A DNA stretch of 32,000 nucleotides from Vibrio alginolyticus NBRC 15630 = ATCC 17749. Its GTDB lineage: Bacteria; Pseudomonadota; Gammaproteobacteria; Enterobacterales; Vibrionaceae. The position numbers were made by a program, and so were the translations under genes. Position 1 is the stretch's first letter; every line of letters starts with the position of its first letter. This document shows positions 18,869 through 27,629 of the stretch, in pieces. The notes beneath the pieces were generated by a model. The model was not told the DNA's origin, did not search any database, and worked only from the letters and a program-made list of their open reading frames with translations. The stretch lies in assembly GCF_000354175.2 (NCBI RefSeq), contig NC_022359.1, positions 1,140,001 through 1,172,000 of the forward strand, written 5' to 3'.

Positions 18869-19798
18869 GTGACTTTTGAAAAATTTAATAGCATGAAACC
18901 GACCGACCTTAATCTTATTCCCATTTTCACTGCCATCTATGAAGAGCGTAACTTGTCTCGGGCGGCGGCGCGTTTAAACATCACCCAGCCTGCGGTGAGT
19001 AAAGCGCTAGCAAGGCTACGTGATATCTACGATGACCCATTGTTTCATCGTTGCGTTAAAGGTGTCGAGCCTACCTCGTTTGCGATGGATATTTATCCTG
19101 CTCTTCTAGCTTCAGTACAAAATTTCACTTCGACATTATCGGCCTCTAGTGAGTTTGACCCTAAAGTGTCGAATAGAGTGTTTTCTATTGCCTGTGTGTC
19201 CGTTGCAAGCTTTGAGTTGCTACCTCAAGTCATGAAACAAATCCGTGTGTCGGCGCCAAATGTTGCATTAGAAGTACATCCGCTTTTTACGGAAGATTTT
19301 GAAAGTGATCTGCGGTTACAACGATACGATTTGATCATTGATATCACACCAAGAGCAAGAACGGTGTTAAAACTGGAAACTGTACTTACGGAGCGTTTGG
19401 TGGTGGTATGTAGCGAAGCGCATCCACGCCTGAATGACGAGATTACGGCTGAACAATTTTTTGAAGAAGAACACGTAGTGGTTTCGCAGTGGCAGAGTCG
19501 TAAGAGCTTGTTAAACGCCGATGACATTGTCGACTTGGATAAGAGAAAGATTAAGTATCGAGCCTCAGGCGTACTAGAAATGCTCCCAATTATTTGTGGT
19601 AGTGAATACATTGGTTTAATGCCAGAGTCGATGATCAACTTGTTCAATAACACCTATCATGTTAAATCTTTATCAATGCCATTTGATGAACAAATGTATG
19701 AGCTTTGCACAATCTGGCATCCTAGTCGCACAAACGACAGCGCCCATCAGTGGTTGCGTTCACAGATTAAGCAAGCAGGAAAAGTCATCAACCAATAG
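18869..19798 (+). CDS. LysR-family transcriptional regulator
   Basis: HTH segment [39 protein letters not shown]. The start is uncertain: GTG 18869 or ATG 18893. Confidence 0.85.
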   Translation: MTFEKFNSMKPTDLNLIPIFTAIYEERNLSRAAARLNITQPAVSKALARLRDIYDDPLFHRCVKGVEPTSFAMDIYPALLASVQNFTSTLSASSEFDPKVSNRVFSIACVSVASFELLPQVMKQIRVSAPNVALEVHPLFTEDFESDLRLQRYDLIIDITPRARTVLKLETVLTERLVVVCSEAHPRLNDEITAEQFFEEEHVVVSQWQSRKSLLNADDIVDLDKRKIKYRASGVLEMLPIICGSEYIGLMPESMINLFNNTYHVKSLSMPFDEQMYELCTIWHPSRTNDSAHQWLRSQIKQAGKVINQ

Positions 19799-19806
19799 GA
19801 AGTGCA

Positions 19807-20709
19807 ATGAAAAAGACAATACGTGCCATCCTTAACGGAAAAAAAGCTGGGAATCCAGAGTTAAGAGATGCAATCATGAAAATGAGAGACAAAGGCATCG
19901 ACGTACAGGTGCGTGTGACGTGGGAATCTCAAGACATGCCGCGGCTAGTAAAAGAAGCGGTTGATGAAGGCATTGAACGTATTGTTGTCGCTGGTGGCGA
20001 TGGGACCGTCAATGAGGCGGCTTCTGCGATTATTCAAATTGACAAAGAAAAACGTCCTGAGTTAGCAATTATTCCACTTGGTACCGCCAATGACTTTGCT
20101 ACCGCTATTCAAGTACCTAATTCCATTAAGGCGTCTTTATCTCTTGCTGTTGAGGGGCAGTCCGCTTTGGTCGATTGCGTCAAAGCGAACGATCGCTGCT
20201 TTATTAACGTGGCAACAGCAGGGTTTGGCGCAGAAGTTACAGCAGAAACGCCTGTTGAACTCAAAAACTTTCTTGGCGGCGGAGCTTACACGCTAACTGG
20301 TGTTGTAAAAGCACTTGGCTTTAAACCATATGACGGAACAATAACGATTGAAGGTGGTGCGTATCAGGGAGAAATGTTGCTCGGTGCGTTTTGTAATGGG
20401 CGCCTTGCTGGAGGTGGGCAAGAGTTAGCTCCAAAAGCGATGATTAATGATGGGCTGATGGATCTAACATTGGTGCGCCCATTTTTACCTCATGAGCTGC
20501 CTAAAGTAATCGACGAGATCAATAACCCGAGTGAGAAAGGAGAGTTTGTGAAGTACACAAGAGCAAGCTGGTTGGAGATAGACTTCCCGAATCCATTGCC
20601 TCTTAATTTAGATGGAGAACCTTATCATTCGAGAACCATTAGATTTGATGTTCAGCCTAAGAGTATACGATTAGTCGTACCGCAAGATTGCCCTTGCTTG
20701 ACTAGCTAA
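19807..20709 (+). CDS. yegS: YegS/BmrU-type lipid kinase (diacylglycerol-kinase catalytic fold)
   Basis: GGDGTVNEA motif, PLGTANDFA, about 300 aa, matching YegS-like kinases. It starts 8 nt after the LysR stop and has an aggaag SD. Confidence 0.8.
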   Translation: MKKTIRAILNGKKAGNPELRDAIMKMRDKGIDVQVRVTWESQDMPRLVKEAVDEGIERIVVAGGDGTVNEAASAIIQIDKEKRPELAIIPLGTANDFATAIQVPNSIKASLSLAVEGQSALVDCVKANDRCFINVATAGFGAEVTAETPVELKNFLGGGAYTLTGVVKALGFKPYDGTITIEGGAYQGEMLLGAFCNGRLAGGGQELAPKAMINDGLMDLTLVRPFLPHELPKVIDEINNPSEKGEFVKYTRASWLEIDFPNPLPLNLDGEPYHSRTIRFDVQPKSIRLVVPQDCPCLTS

Positions 20710-20735
20710 ACGAGCGTTTTCCATGATTATTGCTT

Positions 20736-20763
20736 AACACAGCCACTAAAATGTGGCTGTGTT
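20736..20763. terminator. Perfect 11-bp hairpin between convergent yegS and the ygiW-like gene (no clear U-tract)
   Basis: aacacagccac (20736-20746), loop taaaat, gtggctgtgtt (20753-20763). Confidence 0.45.
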
Positions 20764-20790
20764 GCTTGTGTTGAGGTATCAGTCAACCTC

Positions 20791-21132
20791 TTAACGTTTT
20801 TGAATGGTCTCAACGTCTATCTGCGTAGTTGTCCAATCTGAGTCAACCTCTCCTCGAATCATTACGGTATCTTTTGGTGTCACTTCTTGACCCATCCAAT
20901 CTTCGTTGTCGATCTCTACTTCGATCTCACCAGTGTTGTCTTTGAACAAGTAAGTCTCGTTACCAAATGATTGAACAATATGCCCGGTTAGCACTACAGC
21001 GCTGTCGTCGGTTGCGTTGCGCGCCTCTTTCACCGTATTGATTGCACTGACTTCTGGACCATTAAACGCGGCGAAAGCCGAGCTTGAAAGTAGGGCAAGC
21101 ATGGATGTTAACAATACTCTTTTCATTATCAT
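20791..21132 (-). CDS. YgiW/YdeI-family periplasmic OB-fold (BOF) stress protein
   Basis: Signal peptide (LALLSSSAFA), then DDSAVVLTGHIVQSFGNETYLFKDNTGEIEVEIDNEDW, the typical BOF pattern. Confidence 0.8.
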   Translation of the reverse strand: MIMKRVLLTSMLALLSSSAFAAFNGPEVSAINTVKEARNATDDSAVVLTGHIVQSFGNETYLFKDNTGEIEVEIDNEDWMGQEVTPKDTVMIRGEVDSDWTTTQIDVETIQKR

Positions 21133-21141
21133 CTCCTTATA

Positions 21142-21789
21142 TTAGAAGTAATAAGTTGTGCCTACGTTAAAGGATGCAGTGTTTGCGTAGCTGTCTAGTT
21201 GGTATTTAGCGTTTGCGCCAATGGTGAGCTTTGGCAACACTTGGTATTCCGCGCCCACAGAGAACATTGCGCCTAACTCGTTGCTTTTCTCCGAGCTATG
21301 GAAAAGCGTGTTGCTTATTTCCACATCGTCATTCGCGACAAGCTCATATTCTTGATGTTGAGCAACCTTGGCGTCGTATTGTGTGTAAGTTAAACCCGCT
21401 TTGAATTTTGTTGTCCATTTATCACTTAATGCATAGCTAAACACTGGTGCTAGCGAGACTTGTTTGGCTGTGATAGAGGCATCCCAATCCATTTCATGAT
21501 GGTAATCTTTGCCATCAATTGTCTTGATACCAAGGTTCTTAGAACGGCCGTCATCAAGGTCAAACTGGCTGTAACCTAGCTCAATTGCCCAATTGTCATT
21601 AAACGAGTAACCGATAAAACCTGAGAAGATACCACCCTCAAGTTCTGGATTAAGCGTTACATTTTCAGATGAAAAGTGAGGTTCCAAGTCATGGTCAGTG
21701 GTGCCTAGTCCATATTCCAGACCTACATAAGGAGCCGCAGATACCGAAACTGAGCAGGTAACGAGTAACGCAAGAATGGTTTTGTTCAT
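21142..21789 (-). CDS. Outer-membrane beta-barrel protein (OmpA-like barrel / OMP_b-brl type)
   Basis: Signal peptide (LALLVTCSVSVSAAP), alternating amphipathic strands and a C-terminal aromatic YYF. ATG 21789 has a gaagagg SD. The track start at 21807 is a TTG. It lies 9 nt upstream of the ygiW-like gene. Confidence 0.75.
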   Translation of the reverse strand: MNKTILALLVTCSVSVSAAPYVGLEYGLGTTDHDLEPHFSSENVTLNPELEGGIFSGFIGYSFNDNWAIELGYSQFDLDDGRSKNLGIKTIDGKDYHHEMDWDASITAKQVSLAPVFSYALSDKWTTKFKAGLTYTQYDAKVAQHQEYELVANDDVEISNTLFHSSEKSNELGAMFSVGAEYQVLPKLTIGANAKYQLDSYANTASFNVGTTYYF

Positions 21790-21952
21790 TTTATTTTGCC
21801 TCTTCAAATCAACTTAATGAGTAGAAGCGCATTGTGTGTGATGAAGCGTGAAGTGATCGTGAAGAAACAAAAATATTTCAGAAAAAGAGCAAGGTGCGGT
21901 AAAAAAGAAATTGTTTTAATGAATATGCGCCAAGCTCTTTATATAAAGAGAG

Positions 21953-23566
21953 TTAACTTGCGGCGACGTAACACACCGCAAATGGCACATTAAGGCGAGT
22001 AAACTCTTTAATCCAACGCCATTGGTTGTCTTGGAGTTTATCTCCTGGGCCTTTTACTTCAATCCATTCGAACTCGTTTCCTTTGAAAGCAATCAGATCA
22101 GGCATCCCATTGCGGTAAAGCTTTAGGTCACTCAATTGTATTTTAAATAGCGCCACCAACATGCTAGTTGGGATTGTATCGAGTGCCGTTTCGAGTAGCT
22201 CTTTACTTATTAAGCTCCAATGCACAAATGGATTGCTGATACCAAACTTCTCATCGTACCTAGTTAACAACGTATGAGTATTGCCCGTTTCCAACTCATC
22301 AAACGTCGCATCTATCAAAGCTTGGCGTTTGGTAACAAAATCAGAATGGTACAAATCTAAAGGACGGTGTTGATAGGCATTGATGAATGCGCCTTCGATG
22401 GGAGCGAAAATCGCATCCCAAAAAGTGAGACCAAGTAATGCATTAAGCAGTGCATTTTCGGCGTAAAATACAGTCCAGCCTAAGGACTCAAAATACGCTT
22501 TGCTGGCGAGTTCGACTCTCTGTTGAGATAAATCCAGTTCAAGGCGGTATTCCGTACAGGTTGGCTTCGTCACTCTTGGCACTTTCTCGCCTTGTTTTCG
22601 TTTTAACCGTTGCTCAAGTTTTTGTGCAACTTCGAGCTCAGACACATCGATCGGTGAGTTAAGCATATCTGTGACAATGTCACCAAATAAATCATCATGG
22701 TTTAATTTGTCATAGATACGTGCGCGTCGTTCTCGGCTCGGTGTGAGTTGAGTTTGGCCAAATAGAGATAGGGCGGTCTCTAGATCATTAAGCCGTTCGT
22801 AATCACGTGCTATGTCATTCAACATGTGCTCGCGTTTACGATCTACGTAACGGTGTTTAACGGGCTGAGGCATTGCCTCAATTAATAAGTCGAGATTGGC
22901 TTTGTCTTTTCGGTCAAATTGCCAGTACAGGTTGGCCAACTGGCTCAGTTCAATTAAGCGGTCTATTTGCTCACGTGAATCAAAGAAACGGCGCACTTTA
23001 CTCAATTGATATTGCTCGAACTGATGCAAACCTAAGTCATCAAGCACAAACTGACTTAAGTCTTGATGGGTGTTGGCAAAAAACAGAGTGAGTAACACGT
23101 CGATCATATGAGCAGAATTGAGTTTGACGATCGTAAACTCAAGCCGCTCTATACGATCAAATTCCGTATTACTCAAATGTTCGACAAGGGCGTCTTTCTT
23201 GAGTGATTTCGGCAGTTCGGGATAAAGCGCGGAGATTTCTGGTTTGGTCAGTAAATTAGCCGCTAACTCTTGATGAGAAAGGGGTGGGGAAAGGGCTACA
23301 AACTCATGCTGACTCAATTCTGCCAGTGCTTCATTGATAGAAGGTATTTCTTGATAACTCAGCTTATCACTTCGAAACCAACATCCCTTTCGGCTGTATA
23401 AACGCACCAAAAGGCACTGGGCGTGTTTGCTCAAAGAATCAAACGAGCAAAGCCATGCGTGTTCTTCCTTGGTCAGTAAATCGCTGTACCAAGTTATTGC
23501 GTGATGAGTCAGCTTGAAGAAGTTCTCTAGATAGTAGTCTGGTGCAAGTTCGATAGGGCTTTCCAT
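21953..23566 (-). CDS. FAN1-like structure-specific nuclease (VRR-NUC domain at the C-terminus)
   Basis: The N-terminus (DYYLENFFKL...LSKHAQCLLVRLYSRKGCWFRSDKLSYQEI) resembles the FAN1 SAP/TPR-proximal signature. The C-terminus (PDLIAFKGNEFEWIEVKGPGDKLQDNQWRWI) is a PD-(D/E)XK VRR-NUC core. Confidence 0.8.
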   Translation of the reverse strand: MESPIELAPDYYLENFFKLTHHAITWYSDLLTKEEHAWLCSFDSLSKHAQCLLVRLYSRKGCWFRSDKLSYQEIPSINEALAELSQHEFVALSPPLSHQELAANLLTKPEISALYPELPKSLKKDALVEHLSNTEFDRIERLEFTIVKLNSAHMIDVLLTLFFANTHQDLSQFVLDDLGLHQFEQYQLSKVRRFFDSREQIDRLIELSQLANLYWQFDRKDKANLDLLIEAMPQPVKHRYVDRKREHMLNDIARDYERLNDLETALSLFGQTQLTPSRERRARIYDKLNHDDLFGDIVTDMLNSPIDVSELEVAQKLEQRLKRKQGEKVPRVTKPTCTEYRLELDLSQQRVELASKAYFESLGWTVFYAENALLNALLGLTFWDAIFAPIEGAFINAYQHRPLDLYHSDFVTKRQALIDATFDELETGNTHTLLTRYDEKFGISNPFVHWSLISKELLETALDTIPTSMLVALFKIQLSDLKLYRNGMPDLIAFKGNEFEWIEVKGPGDKLQDNQWRWIKEFTRLNVPFAVCYVAAS

Positions 23567-23580
23567 AAACGACCGATAAC

Positions 23581-23612
23581 AAAAAAGGCTTAACCCATAG
23601 GTTAAGCCTTTT
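23581..23612 (-). terminator. Rho-independent terminator of the MFS transporter gene
   Basis: On the minus strand, aaggcttaacc pairs with ggttaagcctt (23585-23595 and 23600-23610) with a 4-nt loop, followed by a T-run (A-run 23581-23586 on +). Confidence 0.8.
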
Positions 23613-23633
23613 CGCTATCAAATCAATTCGCAA

Positions 23634-24866
23634 TTATGCGTTTTTTAGCTGTGCTACTTTCGCTTCAGACAATGGCTTAGTGATGAACGCTAGTACGATA
23701 CATACTGCCATCATTGCTGAAGAAATTGTGTAAGCCAAGGTGTAGCCGTCGCCATTTGTCATCGAGAAACCAACAACCGCTGCGCCGATTGCACCACCGA
23801 TACCCCATGCTGTGTAAAGCACGCCGTAGTTAGTGCCGTAGTTTTTCAGACCGTAGAACTCAGCCGTTAGAGTAGGGAATACCGCTAGAAGTGTGCCGTA
23901 ACCTACCGCTGCGATTGCTGTACCGATGATCAGTGTAAACTCAGAGTCGAACGTCGCGAACAGCACCATGTTTACGCCTTGTAGAACGAACGCGAGTAGA
24001 AGCGTACGAACACCGCCGATTTTATCTGCAAGCATACCCGCGGCAACACGACCGCCAGAGTTAAATACAGCAAGAATAGACGCTAGGTAAACCGCGTTTG
24101 GCAAGTTTGCTTGAACGCTTGCGATTGTCGTGATGTTACCAATGATCATTAGACCAACAGAAGCTGCAAACGCGTACATGATCCATAGAGAGTAGAACTG
24201 TGGCGTTTTCAACATTGCTTTCCAAGTTAAGTCATCTGACTTTTTCACCGCTTTAGGTGCTTGGCCTTCTTTTACTTTAGGCTCCGCAGGTGTGTAGTCT
24301 GCTGGTGGGTTGTTGATGGTTGCTGCAAGAGGAACCGCAATCGCTAGGATACCAACACCAAGAACCATAAAGCTAGTTTGAATGCCCATGCTGTCTATTA
24401 GCGCAGAAGTTACTGGCGCAAGGTAAATAGCCGCTAGACCAAAACCTGCCGCAATAATGCCGTTAACCATACCTTTCTTCGAAGCGTGGAACCACTTCAT
24501 CGCAGAAGGTGATAGGCATGCGTAACCAAAGCCGATACCTGCACCTGTGATCACACCGAAGGTAATGTTCAGCATGAGTGGAGTGTCAACAAAGCCAGAC
24601 GCGATCATGCCCAGACCTGTAAGAACAGTACCTAGGATAAGGATCATTCGAGGGCCCATGCGGTCTTGAAGAATACCTGCAATAAGAAGACAGATAGAGA
24701 AAGTGATGGTTGCAGTTGCGTAAGGTGCAGAAGCTTCTGCAGCACTCCAGCCTGATTCAGTTACCAGTGCCTTGTTGAATACACTCCAAGCATACAGGAT
24801 GCCAAGACAAAGGTTGATACAGAACCCTGCTAACAGGATGCGCATAGCTTTATCAATCTTGCTCAT
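23634..24866 (-). CDS. MFS transporter, oxalate/formate antiporter (OFA)-like family
   Basis: About 12 predicted TM segments. The OFA-like N-terminus is present (GFCINLCLGILYAWSVF), with a central hydrophilic loop. Confidence 0.85.
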   Translation of the reverse strand: MSKIDKAMRILLAGFCINLCLGILYAWSVFNKALVTESGWSAAEASAPYATATITFSICLLIAGILQDRMGPRMILILGTVLTGLGMIASGFVDTPLMLNITFGVITGAGIGFGYACLSPSAMKWFHASKKGMVNGIIAAGFGLAAIYLAPVTSALIDSMGIQTSFMVLGVGILAIAVPLAATINNPPADYTPAEPKVKEGQAPKAVKKSDDLTWKAMLKTPQFYSLWIMYAFAASVGLMIIGNITTIASVQANLPNAVYLASILAVFNSGGRVAAGMLADKIGGVRTLLLAFVLQGVNMVLFATFDSEFTLIIGTAIAAVGYGTLLAVFPTLTAEFYGLKNYGTNYGVLYTAWGIGGAIGAAVVGFSMTNGDGYTLAYTISSAMMAVCIVLAFITKPLSEAKVAQLKNA

Positions 24867-25442
24867 TTTTATTCTCAGTTTTTCCTCTTATTGGCAATGC
24901 CGCAAAGAAGGTTGGTTTAAAGATGTTTTTTCTCAAAATTAGTTTGCGTTTTTCAACGTTTAACGCAATGAGCGCGGATTATAACCAATAAATATGTGAT
25001 TGGAATCTCTTTTTACGGTTACTGATAAAATAATTTGCAACATTAAAAGTGGATGTGAATTCATGGTTTTGTATGTAGTAAGAACGTTGTAAAAAAGTGA
25101 TATTTTTTGTTCGCTAATAACGAATGATGAGTCAAGACAGAGAGGTTTTACGCTGTTGAGTGCACAGTTCACATTTCAAATAAAAAATTTCAAAATGTTT
25201 CCATGTTAACCATCTGTAACAAAAATGGCGAATTTATCATCTAACTGTCGTAAGTATCAGATGCAAAGGGTTTCTTAATTTTTAATTGTTAACCTTTTGT
25301 AATAATTGAAGCTGATTAGCTTTTATGTTCATTAAGTGAGCAAAAAAGTAACTTGTAATTGCTGATTTTAGGCGCAGAATATAGTGAAAAATGAGTTTTC
25401 ATTTATGAAGGGATGCTTTTTAGATTTGTTGTGAGGTGACTT

Positions 25443-25799
25443 ATGAAACTGTTCCTATTACTCATGGCTTCGGTATCCGCTGGTATCGCATCAGCAGACC
25501 ACATCCATTCATTTATGTTGGGCTTATCTATTGCTTCTTTAGCGGTAGGTAGCTGTTATTTCTTCGCATTTCGCAGCTCGCGCTTTCCACAGCTTGCTTT
25601 ATTCCTACTCATTTGCGGTATGCTTTCTAAGTTGACGATAACCGTAGTCGGTGTGATGTGGGGAATGTCCGCGGAATTAATCACGTCTCCAATCGTATTC
25701 GCACTTTCATATTTATTCTTTTCGCTTGCCGTTACCTACTTATGGTTTAGCTACAGAGAGAGCATCACTAAGATTCCTGACCGATTTAAGTCAGCGTAA
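25443..25799 (+). CDS. Hypothetical small integral membrane protein (118 aa, about 4 TM)
   Basis: gaggtg SD 5 nt upstream of the ATG, four hydrophobic segments, and a strong terminator downstream. I recognise no family. Confidence 0.5.
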   Translation: MKLFLLLMASVSAGIASADHIHSFMLGLSIASLAVGSCYFFAFRSSRFPQLALFLLICGMLSKLTITVVGVMWGMSAELITSPIVFALSYLFFSLAVTYLWFSYRESITKIPDRFKSA

Positions 25800-25814
25800 A
25801 TCAACACATTAGAA

Positions 25815-25848
25815 TAAAAAAAACGCCAGCACATTTGCTGGCGTTTTT
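25815..25848. terminator. Bidirectional Rho-independent terminator (118-aa ORF and dcuC)
   Basis: aaacgccagc (25821-25830), loop acattt, gctggcgttt (25837-25846), flanked by an A-run and a T-run. Confidence 0.8.
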
Positions 25849-25902
25849 AATTAAACGTAATTTTGTTCGGATATTGCTTTTAGTTTGATCGTGGCAATAC
25901 CG

Positions 25903-27270
25903 TTAGGCACTCATTGGAACAAGCACCATAGTACCAATAATCACCGTGATAAGGCCTGCTAGAACTGGAACGGATGTGCGTTTTACAACCTCAAACGGGC
26001 TGATGTTTGCCATACCTGATGTCGCAACGATTACGCCAGATACTGGTGAGATAGTACGGCCTAGGTTTGATGCTTGAAGCATCGGGATAATTAGGAAAGC
26101 AGGGTTTAATCCCATTTTCGCAGCCAAAGATGGTGCTAACTCCACGAACGCATAGAAAGGCGCGTTACCCGAACCCGTTGCAATTGCTGCTGCAACTGTC
26201 AATGCAGTTAGAATAAGCATTAAAGCAACGCCGCCTGCACCAGCATTATCTGCTAGATGAAGTAGGTTATCGATAGCTCCGATAGACATCAGACCTTGTG
26301 CAAAAACCCCAGCGGCAACCAAAAGCATCACAACGCCTTTGAACGCGTCAGCCATGCCTGCGTAACAAGAATCTAAATCTTCTAGTGATTTCTTACCATC
26401 GAACTTATTTACAACATAATGGATCAGAGCTCCAAGGAAAATCGAACCAACCACAATAGTGTAGATGTCTAGACTAAGTCCTGGAATGGTACGACCGTTG
26501 AATAGGAAAACGCCGATGATAGGTAGAAAAGGAAGAGCTGCATAAAACGCTGGTGCGTCAGCTTTGATCTCTGATACATCAATTTTTTCCATTGGTGTAT
26601 TTTCTTTCTTATCTAAGTATTTGTTCCAGAAGAACGCTGCCGCTGCCATGACGATGATTGCGCAAATAGAAACAGGCAACACAGTTTGTACCGCAAACAC
26701 ATCAAGCTCTAAACCAGACTTTTCTGCTGCGATAACAACATCACCAGAAGTAGGAGAAAGGATGATTGCCGCTGGAGAGGCACACACTGCAACGGCTGCT
26801 GGACGAGAAATGCCCATCGCGACCATCATTGGGAATAATGTCGCCATTAATAGTACGCCAAGGCCTGTTGCAGAACTTACCGCAAGAGACATTAAACACG
26901 CCACAATGTAAGCCGCTACCAAAAGGACGTAAGGAGACTTGATGACAGAAAGCGGTTTAGAGAACTGTTTCACTACCACGTTGTTCGCGCCGATATGAGT
27001 CATGTATGACGCAAAACCACAAAGCAGCATGATTTGCATACCAAGACCGCCACCGCGGTATTGAAGCATGTATTTCACGTATTCAAGCGCATCTGTCACC
27101 ATGTTACCAGTTGAGGTGATTTTTGACGGCAGCACGTCGTGCCCCAAAACGCCAGTCATAAGAAGTAAAGCAATACCAGCGGTCAGTAACACGCCCGCAG
27201 CTTTATAGCCTTTGACAATAAAGTAACCCACCGCAATGGTAACCACTAAGCCAATTAAGAGCTCTAACAT
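25903..27270 (-). CDS. dcuC: DcuC-family anaerobic C4-dicarboxylate transporter
   Basis: 455 aa, polytopic. The N-terminus MLELLIGLVVTIAVGYFIVKGYKA and overall pattern fit the DcuC family. Confidence 0.8.
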   Translation of the reverse strand: MLELLIGLVVTIAVGYFIVKGYKAAGVLLTAGIALLLMTGVLGHDVLPSKITSTGNMVTDALEYVKYMLQYRGGGLGMQIMLLCGFASYMTHIGANNVVVKQFSKPLSVIKSPYVLLVAAYIVACLMSLAVSSATGLGVLLMATLFPMMVAMGISRPAAVAVCASPAAIILSPTSGDVVIAAEKSGLELDVFAVQTVLPVSICAIIVMAAAAFFWNKYLDKKENTPMEKIDVSEIKADAPAFYAALPFLPIIGVFLFNGRTIPGLSLDIYTIVVGSIFLGALIHYVVNKFDGKKSLEDLDSCYAGMADAFKGVVMLLVAAGVFAQGLMSIGAIDNLLHLADNAGAGGVALMLILTALTVAAAIATGSGNAPFYAFVELAPSLAAKMGLNPAFLIIPMLQASNLGRTISPVSGVIVATSGMANISPFEVVKRTSVPVLAGLITVIIGTMVLVPMSA

Positions 27271-27510
27271 AGGGATCTCCGAATGTTATGTGAAAAAGAA
27301 AGAAACTGTTTCAGTTTATGACAAGGAATTTACAGAATTCTTAGCTGTGGCACGAGACAAATATGGGGCTTGCATGATCTGAGACAAATAATAATTTAAT
27401 AAATAATTTCGTTAGATTGTATTGTTGGAATTTGGTTTTCTAAGTGTTATGTGCTGGTTTGAAGCTATTTATAGGAAGGAAAATATGACTAGGAAAGTGA
27501 ATGAATAAAG

Positions 27511-27526
27511 AGTGAATTGATTCACA
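27511..27526. promoter_or_regulatory. CRP-like binding site upstream of dcuC
   Basis: aGTGAattgatTCACa matches TGTGA-N6-TCACA at 9 of 10 core positions with correct spacing. It lies about 250 bp upstream of the dcuC start and just downstream of the desaturase terminator. Confidence 0.35.
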
Positions 27527-27575
27527 ATAGGAAAAAGACTTTACTCAGTAAGCAATTATTGGAAAACACTCTTCA

Positions 27576-27604
27576 CAACAAAAAAGCTTCGCCGAAGCGA
27601 AGCT
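27576..27604 (-). terminator. Rho-independent terminator of the desaturase gene
   Basis: agcttcgc (27585-27592), loop cgaa, gcgaagct (27597-27604). A T-run follows on the minus strand (A-run 27580-27585 on +). Confidence 0.75.
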
Positions 27605-27629
27605 AAGTAATCGTAAGAATGAGGATAAA

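Noticed and set aside
21935-21950. Perfect AT-rich palindrome ctctttatataaagag just downstream of the FAN1-like gene stop, considered as a terminator.
   Set aside because: The stem is almost entirely A/T and no U-tract follows on the minus strand. I could not support it as a terminator. It may overlap the OMP promoter region.
24985-25003. Inverted repeat CCAAT-N9-ATTGG about 120 bp upstream of the MFS transporter, considered as a GntR/LldR-type operator.
   Set aside because: The arms are only 5 bp, which is chance-level. The orientation and spacing do not match the AATTGGT-N3-ACCAATT type consensus.
24960-25172. 70-aa ORF (-) in the long AT-rich intergenic region.
   Set aside because: No SD, an AT-driven amino-acid composition and no recognisable family. 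It is likely non-coding.
27345-27362. TGGCAC motif (ctgTGGCACgagacaaata), considered as a sigma-54 -24 element.
   Set aside because: There is no TTGC(A) -12 element at the correct 5-nt spacing, and no plus-strand gene downstream.
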